Shown here piece after piece: positions 1 through 8,665 of a stretch of DNA of 64,000 nt. The DNA is from a bacterium (GTDB lineage Bacteria; Babelota; Babeliae; Babelales; JAUWHS01): NCBI GenBank assembly GCA_043818275.1, contig JBDRFY010000050.1, positions 5,387-69,386 of the forward strand, given 5' to 3'. Each line of letters begins with the position of its first letter. Position 1 is the stretch's first letter. The notes under the pieces were generated by a model. It was not told where the DNA came from and searched no databases. It saw nothing but the letters and a program-made list of their open reading frames with translations. Made by a program: the position numbers and the translations under genes.

Positions 1-891
1 GATTTTTGCAAACGCGTTGATTTAAGAACATGTAATAAAAGAGTTATAGAAAATCTGGTTTATGCTGGCGCGCTCGATTCACTTCCTGGCAACAGAGCTC
101 AAAAAATTAATGAACTTGAAAAAATAATTGATCTTGCCAACCAGGCAAAAAAAGAAGAAAAAACAGGTCAAATGAGTATGTTTGGATTTGGCAACACCAA
201 AAATGAAATAGTACCTCAACAATATTATGAATTTGCACCATTAGCAGACTGGTCAAGTAAAGAAAAACTGGAAAAAGAAAAAGAGGCCGCCGGCTTTTAT
301 TTAAGTTCTCATCCATTAAAAAGTTATAAAGTTTTACGCTGGCTTAAAACCTCCACATTTGCAGCATCATTAGATATTTTAAAAAATCCACCACAAACAC
401 AAAAAATTGAATCTACAACAATTGGATTAATCCAAAATTATAAAGAAATTACAACGAAAAAAGGAGACCGTATGGCTTTTGCGCAATTTGAAGATTTAAC
501 AGGTCACAGTGAAGTAATACTTTTTCCCAGAACTTACGCGAAAGTATCCGATCTTTTAAGCCAACATGATGTTTTTATAATAAAAGGAAACCTGGATTTA
601 ACATCTTCAGACAAATGTAAAATTATTGCAAATGAACTAATACCGCTTGAAAATCTTTTTGAAAATACAAAAAATATAAACAATTTAAACCTTGAACTTC
701 CATCAAATCTTGATGAATCCGCATTAACAAAAATAAAAGAATCTTTTCACCATGGAAATATTCCAATAAGTTTTAATTTTAATGAAAATGGCAAAAATTT
801 AATTCTGCAAACAAATCAAAAAATAACAGTTAATCAGGAATCATTAAAAAATCTTGAACAAATAGGAATAAAAATTCAGCTTTCTGTTTAA
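1..891 (+). CDS. dnaE: DNA polymerase III alpha subunit, C-terminal end (5' part lies outside the window)
   Basis: Frame 1 is open from nt 1 (DFCKRVDLRTCNKRVIENLVYAGALDSLPGNRAQ...), upstream of the ORF-track Met at 172. EKLEKEKEAAGFYLSSHPL and KGDRMAFAQFEDLTGHSEVILFPRTY match the DnaE C-terminal OB-fold tail. Confidence 0.85.
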   Translation, partial: DFCKRVDLRTCNKRVIENLVYAGALDSLPGNRAQKINELEKIIDLANQAKKEEKTGQMSMFGFGNTKNEIVPQQYYEFAPLADWSSKEKLEKEKEAAGFYLSSHPLKSYKVLRWLKTSTFAASLDILKNPPQTQKIESTTIGLIQNYKEITTKKGDRMAFAQFEDLTGHSEVILFPRTYAKVSDLLSQHDVFIIKGNLDLTSSDKCKIIANELIPLENLFENTKNINNLNLELPSNLDESALTKIKESFHHGNIPISFNFNENGKNLILQTNQKITVNQESLKNLEQIGIKIQLSV

Positions 892-961
892 TTATACAAA
901 TTGTTGAATACAAATTTTAACTCCACTACTCTTTTATTAAAGATTTAAATTTTTAGGAGTA

Positions 962-2944
962 ATGGAGAAATTAATGAAAATTTTAAAATTTTTCTTATTG
1001 TTTTTATGTATATCTACATTAAATAATCAATTATTTGGCGATATAAAACAAAACCAAATCAAACAAATCATAACCGAAATAAACAAATTTCTGCCAAAAG
1101 AAAAAGCATTAGACCAACAAAAAATAATTAACGATAATTTTTTATTTTTAGAAAATTGTAATATAACAGACAAAACATTATCTTTTTTATTTCCGTATTT
1201 ATTAAAAATAAATAAATTATATCCTATAAAAATATTAAATCTTTCATACAACAAACTAACAAATATCCCGGACAAAATCGAAAAACTCAGTCAACTTGAA
1301 ACTCTTGATTTCGAACACAACAACCTTGGATTTATTTCTCCAAAAATAAAAAATCTTGAAAATTTAAATTTTTTATTTCTCGACAACAATGAATCTATTA
1401 TATATTTACCATACGACCTTAAATCACAAAAAGATCTAAAAATAACTGGTTACTATGATTTTGAAATAGAAAAAGCAACAAAAAAAGCTGCCAATATTGT
1501 AATTATTTTAGATCGTGAAAATCAGATACCTCCTGAACAAATACAACAAGATGTGATGCTAGATGAAATGGATATAAATCTCAAAAATTTAAGTCCAATT
1601 TTAGTTTCTGGAGCAGTATTAAAAAATTTTCTAGAAAGAGACAAAATAATTCCTGGCAGAAAAATAATCCCCCAAATATACGCCTTTTATAAAATTGATG
1701 ATAGTGATTTGTATTTATTGTTACCAAAAGGAATAAATTTTAAAGAAGCTTTTAATATTGATGCAAGACAAAAAAAGGATCTTGAATATTTAAAAGAAAG
1801 ATTAGAAGAAAATCAGTGGCCAAATGATAAAGGAGATTATGAGACTGATAATTGGCTTGAAGGAATCATAAAAATATTCAAAAAAGATTCTGATTATTGG
1901 TGGAATATTATTTTAGCTGGTCACGGAGCCCCCGAAGAATTTATTGCTGGTATGACTAAAAATGATTTTAAAAGTCTCATGCAATTTTTAAATCAACCAA
2001 ATATAAACACTTTTTTCTTTTATTATGACACCTGTTTTGGAGGTGGAACAAATTTAGTAGAAGCATATGAAATAATAAAACAATCCATAATTGATGTACC
2101 GCTTCTCAAATTCATGGTTGTCTCAGGTACAACAAGAAGCGTTGTAAGTCAAGTCGTAGATACAAATTATTTTGATTTATTTTTAAATTTAAATGAATTG
2201 CTAAATTTTTTTCAGCTGCCGCCTGAAGAGCAAAAAAATTTAGGCCCTGATCCAATTAATGGATTACTAAAACTGGTAAAAAATAAAATTGGAAAATATA
2301 TATTATCTTCAAATTTTCCACTAATTAAATTTCCTAATTCAAAATTTTTTATAAGTATTCGAAAAAATCCACGAGTATTTGTAATAAACAATGTTTTGCT
2401 TAAAAAGCATCAAATCGAAAAAAAAGAAATAGAAATTCCCAAAGATGTAAACATTCTTTTTGTATATCCAAACATTGTTGATGTTCCCGTTAAAATTACG
2501 GGAAAAAAATCACCTCTAATTTATTCTCTTGATCCTGGACCAACGATACATTTTTTTAAAGAAATTGTGGTTGAAAATGTAAAACAATTTGATCCATTCG
2601 ACTTGATAATCGATTACTTTAAAGAAGAAGAAGAAGGAAAAATCTTTATAGTAAAAGAAATCATAAGCAAAGATATGACATACAAAAATGTAGTTACTGA
2701 TCCTGAAAAAGAAGATATTTTTTATAAAAAAAATAATTTTTTTTATTACAACAATTACAAAATAGAAGAAAAAAATAAAATGAATGAAAATAAATTTAAA
2801 AAAGAAATCACAAAAGCAATCGAAAATAACTTTAAAATTTCAATGGAATTATTCAAACCTTTTGCGCCATGGCAAACAGACAGAAAAGAGTTAGTTGACT
2901 ACATAAATAAAGAATTAGGAATTAATGTAAAAATCACAAACTAG
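962..2944 (+). CDS. Secreted leucine-rich-repeat protein with a C-terminal legumain/caspase-like (clan CD) His-Cys pattern
   Basis: AGGAG lies 5 nt before the ATG. N-terminal hydrophobic signal (KILKFFLLFLCISTLNN). LRR units LNLSYNKLTNIPDKIEKLSQLETLDFEHNNLGFISPKIKNLENLNFLFLDNN. Later IILAGHGAPEEFIAGM...(about 30 aa)...FFFYYDTCFGGG resembles the DHGapG...EACeSGS spacing of peptidase C13. Confidence 0.6.
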   Translation: MEKLMKILKFFLLFLCISTLNNQLFGDIKQNQIKQIITEINKFLPKEKALDQQKIINDNFLFLENCNITDKTLSFLFPYLLKINKLYPIKILNLSYNKLTNIPDKIEKLSQLETLDFEHNNLGFISPKIKNLENLNFLFLDNNESIIYLPYDLKSQKDLKITGYYDFEIEKATKKAANIVIILDRENQIPPEQIQQDVMLDEMDINLKNLSPILVSGAVLKNFLERDKIIPGRKIIPQIYAFYKIDDSDLYLLLPKGINFKEAFNIDARQKKDLEYLKERLEENQWPNDKGDYETDNWLEGIIKIFKKDSDYWWNIILAGHGAPEEFIAGMTKNDFKSLMQFLNQPNINTFFFYYDTCFGGGTNLVEAYEIIKQSIIDVPLLKFMVVSGTTRSVVSQVVDTNYFDLFLNLNELLNFFQLPPEEQKNLGPDPINGLLKLVKNKIGKYILSSNFPLIKFPNSKFFISIRKNPRVFVINNVLLKKHQIEKKEIEIPKDVNILFVYPNIVDVPVKITGKKSPLIYSLDPGPTIHFFKEIVVENVKQFDPFDLIIDYFKEEEEGKIFIVKEIISKDMTYKNVVTDPEKEDIFYKKNNFFYYNNYKIEEKNKMNENKFKKEITKAIENNFKISMELFKPFAPWQTDRKELVDYINKELGINVKITN

Positions 2945-3497
2945 ACAAAATCTTTTCGGATAAATTTTCTGGAATAATTTTTGTAATTTTTTTCAACTCC
3001 TTCAAAACCCATTTTTGTCTATTTTTATCTTCCTGAACAAAATCTAAAATGTTTTGAATTAAATCAAAAATTAATTCACTTGAAATTTTTTGTTGTTCAA
3101 ACAAATTAATCAAATCAACAAATTTGGCATTAAATTTTTCTGGCCAGTCAAGTTCTGTGTAATAATTAATCGCTTTAATTAAATAATCAGAATTTTCAGG
3201 CTCAAGAGTTAGCAAATGTTCATAGACAAAAACAGCAGATAATAATTTTTTTTCTTCCTGATATAAAATTGCTGCATGCTGATATTTTTCCAAAGCTTGG
3301 CGATCTTGGAAAAACCACAAAAGATCTCCTTCAAGTTGAGAAACATAAGCCTTATCATCAAATGAATGCGACAGTAAACGATAAAAAGTTAACGCTTTTT
3401 CTTTTTCTCCACGATTTACAAGCTCAGCTAACTTAAACCAAGCAATACTTGACTGTTGTTTTTCCTGATCCTGCAAATTTTGCTCGGGTTGCTTCAT
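2934..3497 (-). CDS. Hypothetical protein, TPR-like helical repeats
   Basis: ORF 2934..3554. The more likely start is MKQPEQ at 3497, preceded by AAGGAGAG. Helical-repeat-like sequence (ALTFYRLLSHSFDDKAYVSQLEGDLLWFF, AAILYQEEKKLLSAVFVYEHLLTLEPENSDYL). Confidence 0.5.
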   Translation of the reverse strand: MKQPEQNLQDQEKQQSSIAWFKLAELVNRGEKEKALTFYRLLSHSFDDKAYVSQLEGDLLWFFQDRQALEKYQHAAILYQEEKKLLSAVFVYEHLLTLEPENSDYLIKAINYYTELDWPEKFNAKFVDLINLFEQQKISSELIFDLIQNILDFVQEDKNRQKWVLKELKKITKIIPENLSEKILSSL

Positions 3498-3652
3498 CAC
3501 TACTCTCCTTTTTTCCGCCCATAATAATACAGGCCTTTTATTTTCATAAGCCACCCCTTTGAAACAGGGATAAAGTAATGATATAATTCTTATCTATTTA
3601 AAGAAATAGTTTAGTAAACAATTTTTAAAAGACCCTTCTGGAACGAAATAAA

Positions 3653-5239
3653 ATGAATAATATTGCAACTGAAAAATGGAAGGTTAATAAAAAAGCCGCT
3701 CTTCTTGGCGGAGGGGAAGAAAAACAGGAAAAACAAAAACAACTTGGAAAACGTTGCACACGAGAAAGAATTAAATTACTAACAGATGAAAATAGTTTTG
3801 AAGAAACTGATCTTTTAGTCTGCTCTCCGTTTTTAAAAACCAAAAATTACACTGATGGAGTTGTAACCGGTTTTGCAAAAATCAATAACATTCAAATTGC
3901 AATTTATGCTCAGGATTTTACACAAAAAGGAGGATCTTTAGGAAAACATCAGGCACAAAAAATTTGTAAAATTATGGACATGGCAGCAAAAATTGGTTGT
4001 CCAATAATCGGAATTCTGGATTCTGGCGGCGCCAGAATTGATGAAGGAATTCATTCTTTAGCCGGTTATGGAGAAATTTTTATTCGCAATGTTCGCTATT
4101 CCGGAATTATTCCACAAATATCTTTAGTTTTAGGCCCATGCGCAGGTGGAGCGGTTTATTCTCCAGCGTTAACAGATTTTATTTTTACAACAGAAAATAT
4201 CAGTAATCTTTTCATCACAGGACCACAAGTAATCGAACAAGCTCTTCATCAAAAAATTTCAAAAGAGGAGTTGGGAGGAGCATCAGTTCACACAACAAAA
4301 TCAGGGGTTGCACATTTCAAAACAAAAACAGAAGAAGAATGCTTTGAAAAAGTAAAAAAGCTTTTGTCGTATTTGCCAAAAAATTATTTATGTGAACCGG
4401 AAAATAATCAATCACAACAAAACGATTTTACAAATCTTTTTGAATCAGATCAGGCTCATTTTTTAAAAAAGGGAAAAACAAAACTTGATGTAAAAAACAT
4501 ATTACCCGAAAATTCTAATCATGCTTACGACGTAAAAGAAGTTATAAACCGAATTGTTGATTCAAATAGTTTTCTTGAAATCCAGGATTCTTTTGCAAAA
4601 AATATTGTTATCGGTTTTGCAAGAATTGAAAACAAGGTTGTTGGGATTATTGCAAATCAACCGCAAGAACAAGCCGGTGTTCTTGATATTGATGCATCAT
4701 GCAAAGCGGCCCGTTTTATAAATTTTTGTGATAATTTCAGTATACCAATTATTACATTTGTTGATGTCCCGGGTTTTATGCCGGGATTAGAACAAGAACA
4801 CAACGGAATTATTCGACACGGTGCAAAACTTTTATATGCTTATGCTCAGGCAACTGTTCCAAAAATTACTGTAATTTTACGTAAAGCCTATGGGGGCGCG
4901 TACATAGTTATGGGCAGCAAACAACTTGGCGCGGATTTTAATTTTGCCTGGCCGACAGCACAAATTGCAGTGCTTGGAGCTAAATCAGCAGTAACAATTT
5001 TGCACGGACGTAAATTAAATGAAATTAAAAATGAAAAAGAGAAAGTTGAATTGCAAACAAAATTGGAAAATGAATATGAAAAAGAATTTGTTCATCCATT
5101 TATTGCCACGGAATATGGATATATTGATGCAATTATTGAACCTGATGAAACAAGAAATCATTTAATTAAAGCATTGCAAATTACTGAAAATAAAGTTGAA
5201 CATTTGCCTAAGAAAAAACACGGCAACATCCCGTTATGA
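3653..5239 (+). CDS. Acyl-CoA carboxylase carboxyltransferase subunit (propionyl-CoA carboxylase beta / methylmalonyl-CoA decarboxylase alpha family)
   Basis: DSGGARIDEGIHSLAGYGEIF, GPCAGGAVYSPALTDF, FVDVPGFMPG and RKAYGGAYIVM are characteristic carboxyltransferase motifs. Length is 528 aa. Confidence 0.85.
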   Translation: MNNIATEKWKVNKKAALLGGGEEKQEKQKQLGKRCTRERIKLLTDENSFEETDLLVCSPFLKTKNYTDGVVTGFAKINNIQIAIYAQDFTQKGGSLGKHQAQKICKIMDMAAKIGCPIIGILDSGGARIDEGIHSLAGYGEIFIRNVRYSGIIPQISLVLGPCAGGAVYSPALTDFIFTTENISNLFITGPQVIEQALHQKISKEELGGASVHTTKSGVAHFKTKTEEECFEKVKKLLSYLPKNYLCEPENNQSQQNDFTNLFESDQAHFLKKGKTKLDVKNILPENSNHAYDVKEVINRIVDSNSFLEIQDSFAKNIVIGFARIENKVVGIIANQPQEQAGVLDIDASCKAARFINFCDNFSIPIITFVDVPGFMPGLEQEHNGIIRHGAKLLYAYAQATVPKITVILRKAYGGAYIVMGSKQLGADFNFAWPTAQIAVLGAKSAVTILHGRKLNEIKNEKEKVELQTKLENEYEKEFVHPFIATEYGYIDAIIEPDETRNHLIKALQITENKVEHLPKKKHGNIPL

Positions 5240-5992
5240 TTTCGGATTTAAAAGATTTTTTATACTTAATTGTTCTTTTGCTTCCAGCAACTTTTCTTCA
5301 CATTCTAAAGGTTCAACAAAGGCTTTCTGAATATTACAAATCTCAACAAAACTCAACCCTCCATTTTTTCGTAAATATTTTTCTATTTTTTCATATTCTT
5401 TTTTAATCAATGCATTTCTTACAATATATTTCATTTTTACAACAACATCTAAAAAGGTTTCCTGGCGACCTGTACAAACAATATTCAAAAAAGCAATTTT
5501 AAAATCTTTGGGAACAATATTTTCCATAAACAATTTAAACAACCTATAATCCGCATGGAGCACAATATCATATAAAAAATAATAATTGTTTAAAGAACAA
5601 AATAAATCTTTTCTCAAAGTAAATAACCCTAAAATCGCTTTTCTATAAAAAACTAAAGAGTCCGCTTTTTTAGAGTCGTAACAAATAATATTATATGGTT
5701 CTTGCTTATCAAACAAAGAATTATAGCTGCTCATGAGAAGATTAAAAGAATTTTTCATAAAAAATATAGTGAATAAAGAAAATGTATAACGATAACATAA
5801 TTTTTTTTCAAAATTGAGATCAATATAATCTTGTTCACAGAATAAATACGCCATTACACCTACATCAAATGGAGTATAAACAACTCCGTTTACTTTACAG
5901 GGATTCATATAAACAGGCGCATTTTTAATCGCAAAAATATTATTTATAAAAAGCATAAACAAAAAACATAAAAAATATTTTTTGATATTCAT
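5234..5992 (-). CDS. Hypothetical secreted Cys-rich protein, tandem paralog 1
   Basis: GAGGA RBS. Signal peptide MNIKKYFLCFLFMLFINNIFA. Shares AILGLFTLRKDLFCSLNNYYFLYDIVLHADYRLF with its neighbour. Confidence 0.6.
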   Translation of the reverse strand: MNIKKYFLCFLFMLFINNIFAIKNAPVYMNPCKVNGVVYTPFDVGVMAYLFCEQDYIDLNFEKKLCYRYTFSLFTIFFMKNSFNLLMSSYNSLFDKQEPYNIICYDSKKADSLVFYRKAILGLFTLRKDLFCSLNNYYFLYDIVLHADYRLFKLFMENIVPKDFKIAFLNIVCTGRQETFLDVVVKMKYIVRNALIKKEYEKIEKYLRKNGGLSFVEICNIQKAFVEPLECEEKLLEAKEQLSIKNLLNPKS

Positions 5993-6005
5993 CTTTTTTT
6001 CCTCA

Positions 6006-6737
6006 TTAAAAAATTAATTTGGGAAACAAAGTAGAAACCCCACAATAGGTATGTAAAGATTTTGCTATTTTAAGGTATTGCGATTTAACAAATCCGGGTT
6101 CTGATTGAAAATACAACCAAAGAGCAATATCTAACAAGGTCACATTAAAAAACTTACCCCCCACATCTAGTTCATACAATTTGTTTATAATTTTATTGGT
6201 ATAATTTGAATTAAAAAAATTATTTAAACAAAAATTTAATAAAGAATAATCCGCATGATAAACTATATTATATAAATAATTCAAATCAAAAAATATACAA
6301 TTAAGCCGACAATAAAACGTTTTAATTACAATCAACAATCCTTTGATTGCGTCTAAATAAAGTTCTTTATCTGATTTTATTTGTTCGCAAAATTCTTTTT
6401 CAGTAACGCCTACTGGATTCAAACAAGAAAAATACATTAAAAAAAAGAATTCTAAGATAAGTTTAAATTGATCTATTTCCAAACTTTTAAATGGAGTAAT
6501 TTCATCACTGGAAAAACTCAAAACTGAATTAACACATTTTTTTTGAGCCTCAAAAATTTTATAAACATTTTGTGAATATTCAGCATAATATAACATTGAA
6601 GTTACAGGTGCATCACTGCTAAAACGTAATGAATTAAGCTTACAATAATTAACATTCGACAAAAGTATGATTATAAATAAAAATAGATAAAAAAAACGCA
6701 CGTTTAACTTTCTGCTTTGTAAAAAAAGAATAAACAA
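6006..6737 (-). CDS. Hypothetical secreted Cys-rich protein, tandem paralog 2
   Basis: Hydrophobic N-terminus. AIKGLLIVIKTFYCRLNCIFFDLNYLYNIVYHADYSLL is colinear with the motif in 5234..5992. Confidence 0.55.
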   Translation of the reverse strand: MFILFLQSRKLNVRFFYLFLFIIILLSNVNYCKLNSLRFSSDAPVTSMLYYAEYSQNVYKIFEAQKKCVNSVLSFSSDEITPFKSLEIDQFKLILEFFFLMYFSCLNPVGVTEKEFCEQIKSDKELYLDAIKGLLIVIKTFYCRLNCIFFDLNYLYNIVYHADYSLLNFCLNNFFNSNYTNKIINKLYELDVGGKFFNVTLLDIALWLYFQSEPGFVKSQYLKIAKSLHTYCGVSTLFPKLIF

Positions 6738-6877
6738 TATTAAATAAAAAATTTAAAAAGGCAAAAAAACCCGACATTTTATCAGGTTTTTTTTGATAAA
6801 AATTAAAAATTTAGTTAATTATTTTAAACTTTATGCAATTAAACTATAAAACCTTTCATCATTACTTCGACTTTTAA

Positions 6878-7114
6878 TTATTTTTGATTCATTTTTTCTA
6901 ATATTTTTTTAGAACGTCCTTGTGCGTAGGCTCTATCCAAGTATAGCGTATCAAAATGCCGTAATGTATGTTCTTCCAAAACGTTTTTACATAAATTTTT
7001 TATATGTAAATGATAAGGAGTTAGTTTGGTATTAAATTGTGAATCAGTCCCAAGAAATTCAAACAGATCAAAAAATGCATCTATAGTTTTTGTAGATTTA
7101 TCATTGGCTAACAA
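6878..7114 (-). CDS. Small hypothetical protein
   Basis: 78-aa ORF with no recognisable motif. It lies just downstream of the array terminator. Confidence 0.3.
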   Translation of the reverse strand: MLANDKSTKTIDAFFDLFEFLGTDSQFNTKLTPYHLHIKNLCKNVLEEHTLRHFDTLYLDRAYAQGRSKKILEKMNQK

Positions 7115-7136
7115 TTCAAAGTTTGTATTAACACAA

Positions 7137-7176
7137 AAAGAAGAAGGCGCGACGATAAGTTGCGCCTTCTTCTTTT
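7137..7176 (-). terminator. Rho-independent-type terminator closing the seven-gene array (hairpin flanked by A- and T-runs, so potentially bidirectional)
   Basis: aaagaagaaggcgc / gacgataagtt / gcgccttcttcttt. This is a 14-bp GC-containing stem 18 nt after the stop at 7194, and the minus-strand reading continues ttcttt. Confidence 0.7.
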
Positions 7177-7193
7177 ATTAACTAAAATTTTAA

Positions 7194-8618
7194 TTAATTT
7201 TTAAAAATAATAGCAGAACCATCTTTAATTCTTGAAACACCTTTTCCTAATTCAATTGCAGATCGAAGTCTTTCTTCATTTAAAATATCAAGAAGATCAA
7301 AGCGTGTTAACATTAAATCATCAATAATTGACCTGTGATGACCTGAATCAACAATAATTGGAATACCAAATTCCGGAATAATATTACTTGTAAACCCAAC
7401 AGCTTCAAGTTCTATTGCTTCCACCGCAAATCTATTTTTTGCGGTACTACTTGAAGCATCCCAGATTGGATCACCAGAAACCTGCAATTTATTCGCACCA
7501 AGATACGAATTTTCAATGACTATAAATGCATCTGCCTGATTATTAACTTTTACAATCACATCATCAAAAATTATTCTGGCTATTCCGTTTGTAGACGTCA
7601 GATAAATAAAATTTGTTGCGAAATTTATTACCGGAACTTTTCCTTTTTCCAGTTGAGCTTTCGCATCCGAAGTTTCAATCGGCGATCGAAGCACAAAATC
7701 AAAATGTAAAACATTGTCTCCCGTTTCTGCATAATTTAAAAATCCATTAAACCATACATTATTTTCAAGTAATCTGAACGTGTTATCCAGACTTTCAATA
7801 TAAAATGACATACCTGTACTTTTTTCAATATTAACTGCCGTATTCCCAACCAGACCAAGCGCACCTATAACATTTCCTGATGTTTGATAAGCAAAATATT
7901 CAAGTCCCGTTAATTCAATATTTTGTAAAGCTAAAGTTCCTAAACCAAGATTAAACATTGGAGTATTTGTTGGATCAGCAGGAGTAAATTTCAAACGTTT
8001 TTGTCCACCTATTCCCATTATAGTAAATACATTTTGACCTGTAATCTGAAATTTGCCTCTCGTAAATGTAATACTTTCATCCAATCCCCAAACAACATTT
8101 TCTCCAAAAATAAGTTGCGATGAATCAGACATTAAAGAAAAAGTTTTTTGAGTTATTCCTAACATTTTTATGTTATTTAATATAACGTATTTTCCAGGAG
8201 AAATAATAAATTGAGGATTCAATGATCCGGCAAAAATAAGAGTCGAGCCATTTCCATCTATATAAGTGTTTGTTCCAAATTCAAAAGATTCATCGGGACC
8301 AACAAAACCACTTTCTCCTATTACAGTAGGATGACTACTTGTCGCAGAATAATCTGGATATGGAGCCATGTTATAAGATATTATAACTCCATCAGGATAA
8401 GCCTCTTCCCAATTTACAGGATAATCTCCAGTTGCTTTTACAATAGAAGCATGACTCCAGCCAAACTGACGGCCATCACCTGTATATTTCAATCTAACAC
8501 TTGAGTCTGGTTTTAAAGCCAAAGAAGAACTCATACTGGAAAAATCCAAAACTCCTTCAGCTGCATTTAAATTTCCAATTAACAAAAAACAACAAAGAAA
8601 AAAACTAATTTTTTTCAT
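7194..8618 (-). CDS. Secreted beta-solenoid-like protein, seventh (terminal) member of the array; L-type N-terminal module but no propeller
   Basis: Signal peptide MKKISFFLCCFLLIGNLNAAEG. SSSLALKPDSSVRLKYTGDGRQFGWSHASI aligns with the L-type N-termini. IDGNGSTLIFAGS...FIISPGKYVILNNIKMLGI...SQLIFGENVVWGLDESITFTRGKFQITG is colinear with the shared C-module. Confidence 0.85.
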   Translation of the reverse strand: MKKISFFLCCFLLIGNLNAAEGVLDFSSMSSSLALKPDSSVRLKYTGDGRQFGWSHASIVKATGDYPVNWEEAYPDGVIISYNMAPYPDYSATSSHPTVIGESGFVGPDESFEFGTNTYIDGNGSTLIFAGSLNPQFIISPGKYVILNNIKMLGITQKTFSLMSDSSQLIFGENVVWGLDESITFTRGKFQITGQNVFTIMGIGGQKRLKFTPADPTNTPMFNLGLGTLALQNIELTGLEYFAYQTSGNVIGALGLVGNTAVNIEKSTGMSFYIESLDNTFRLLENNVWFNGFLNYAETGDNVLHFDFVLRSPIETSDAKAQLEKGKVPVINFATNFIYLTSTNGIARIIFDDVIVKVNNQADAFIVIENSYLGANKLQVSGDPIWDASSSTAKNRFAVEAIELEAVGFTSNIIPEFGIPIIVDSGHHRSIIDDLMLTRFDLLDILNEERLRSAIELGKGVSRIKDGSAIIFKN

Positions 8619-8665
8619 AAACGTCCTTTCTCCTTTTATTTTTATTTTTATAAAAAATTTTAATT

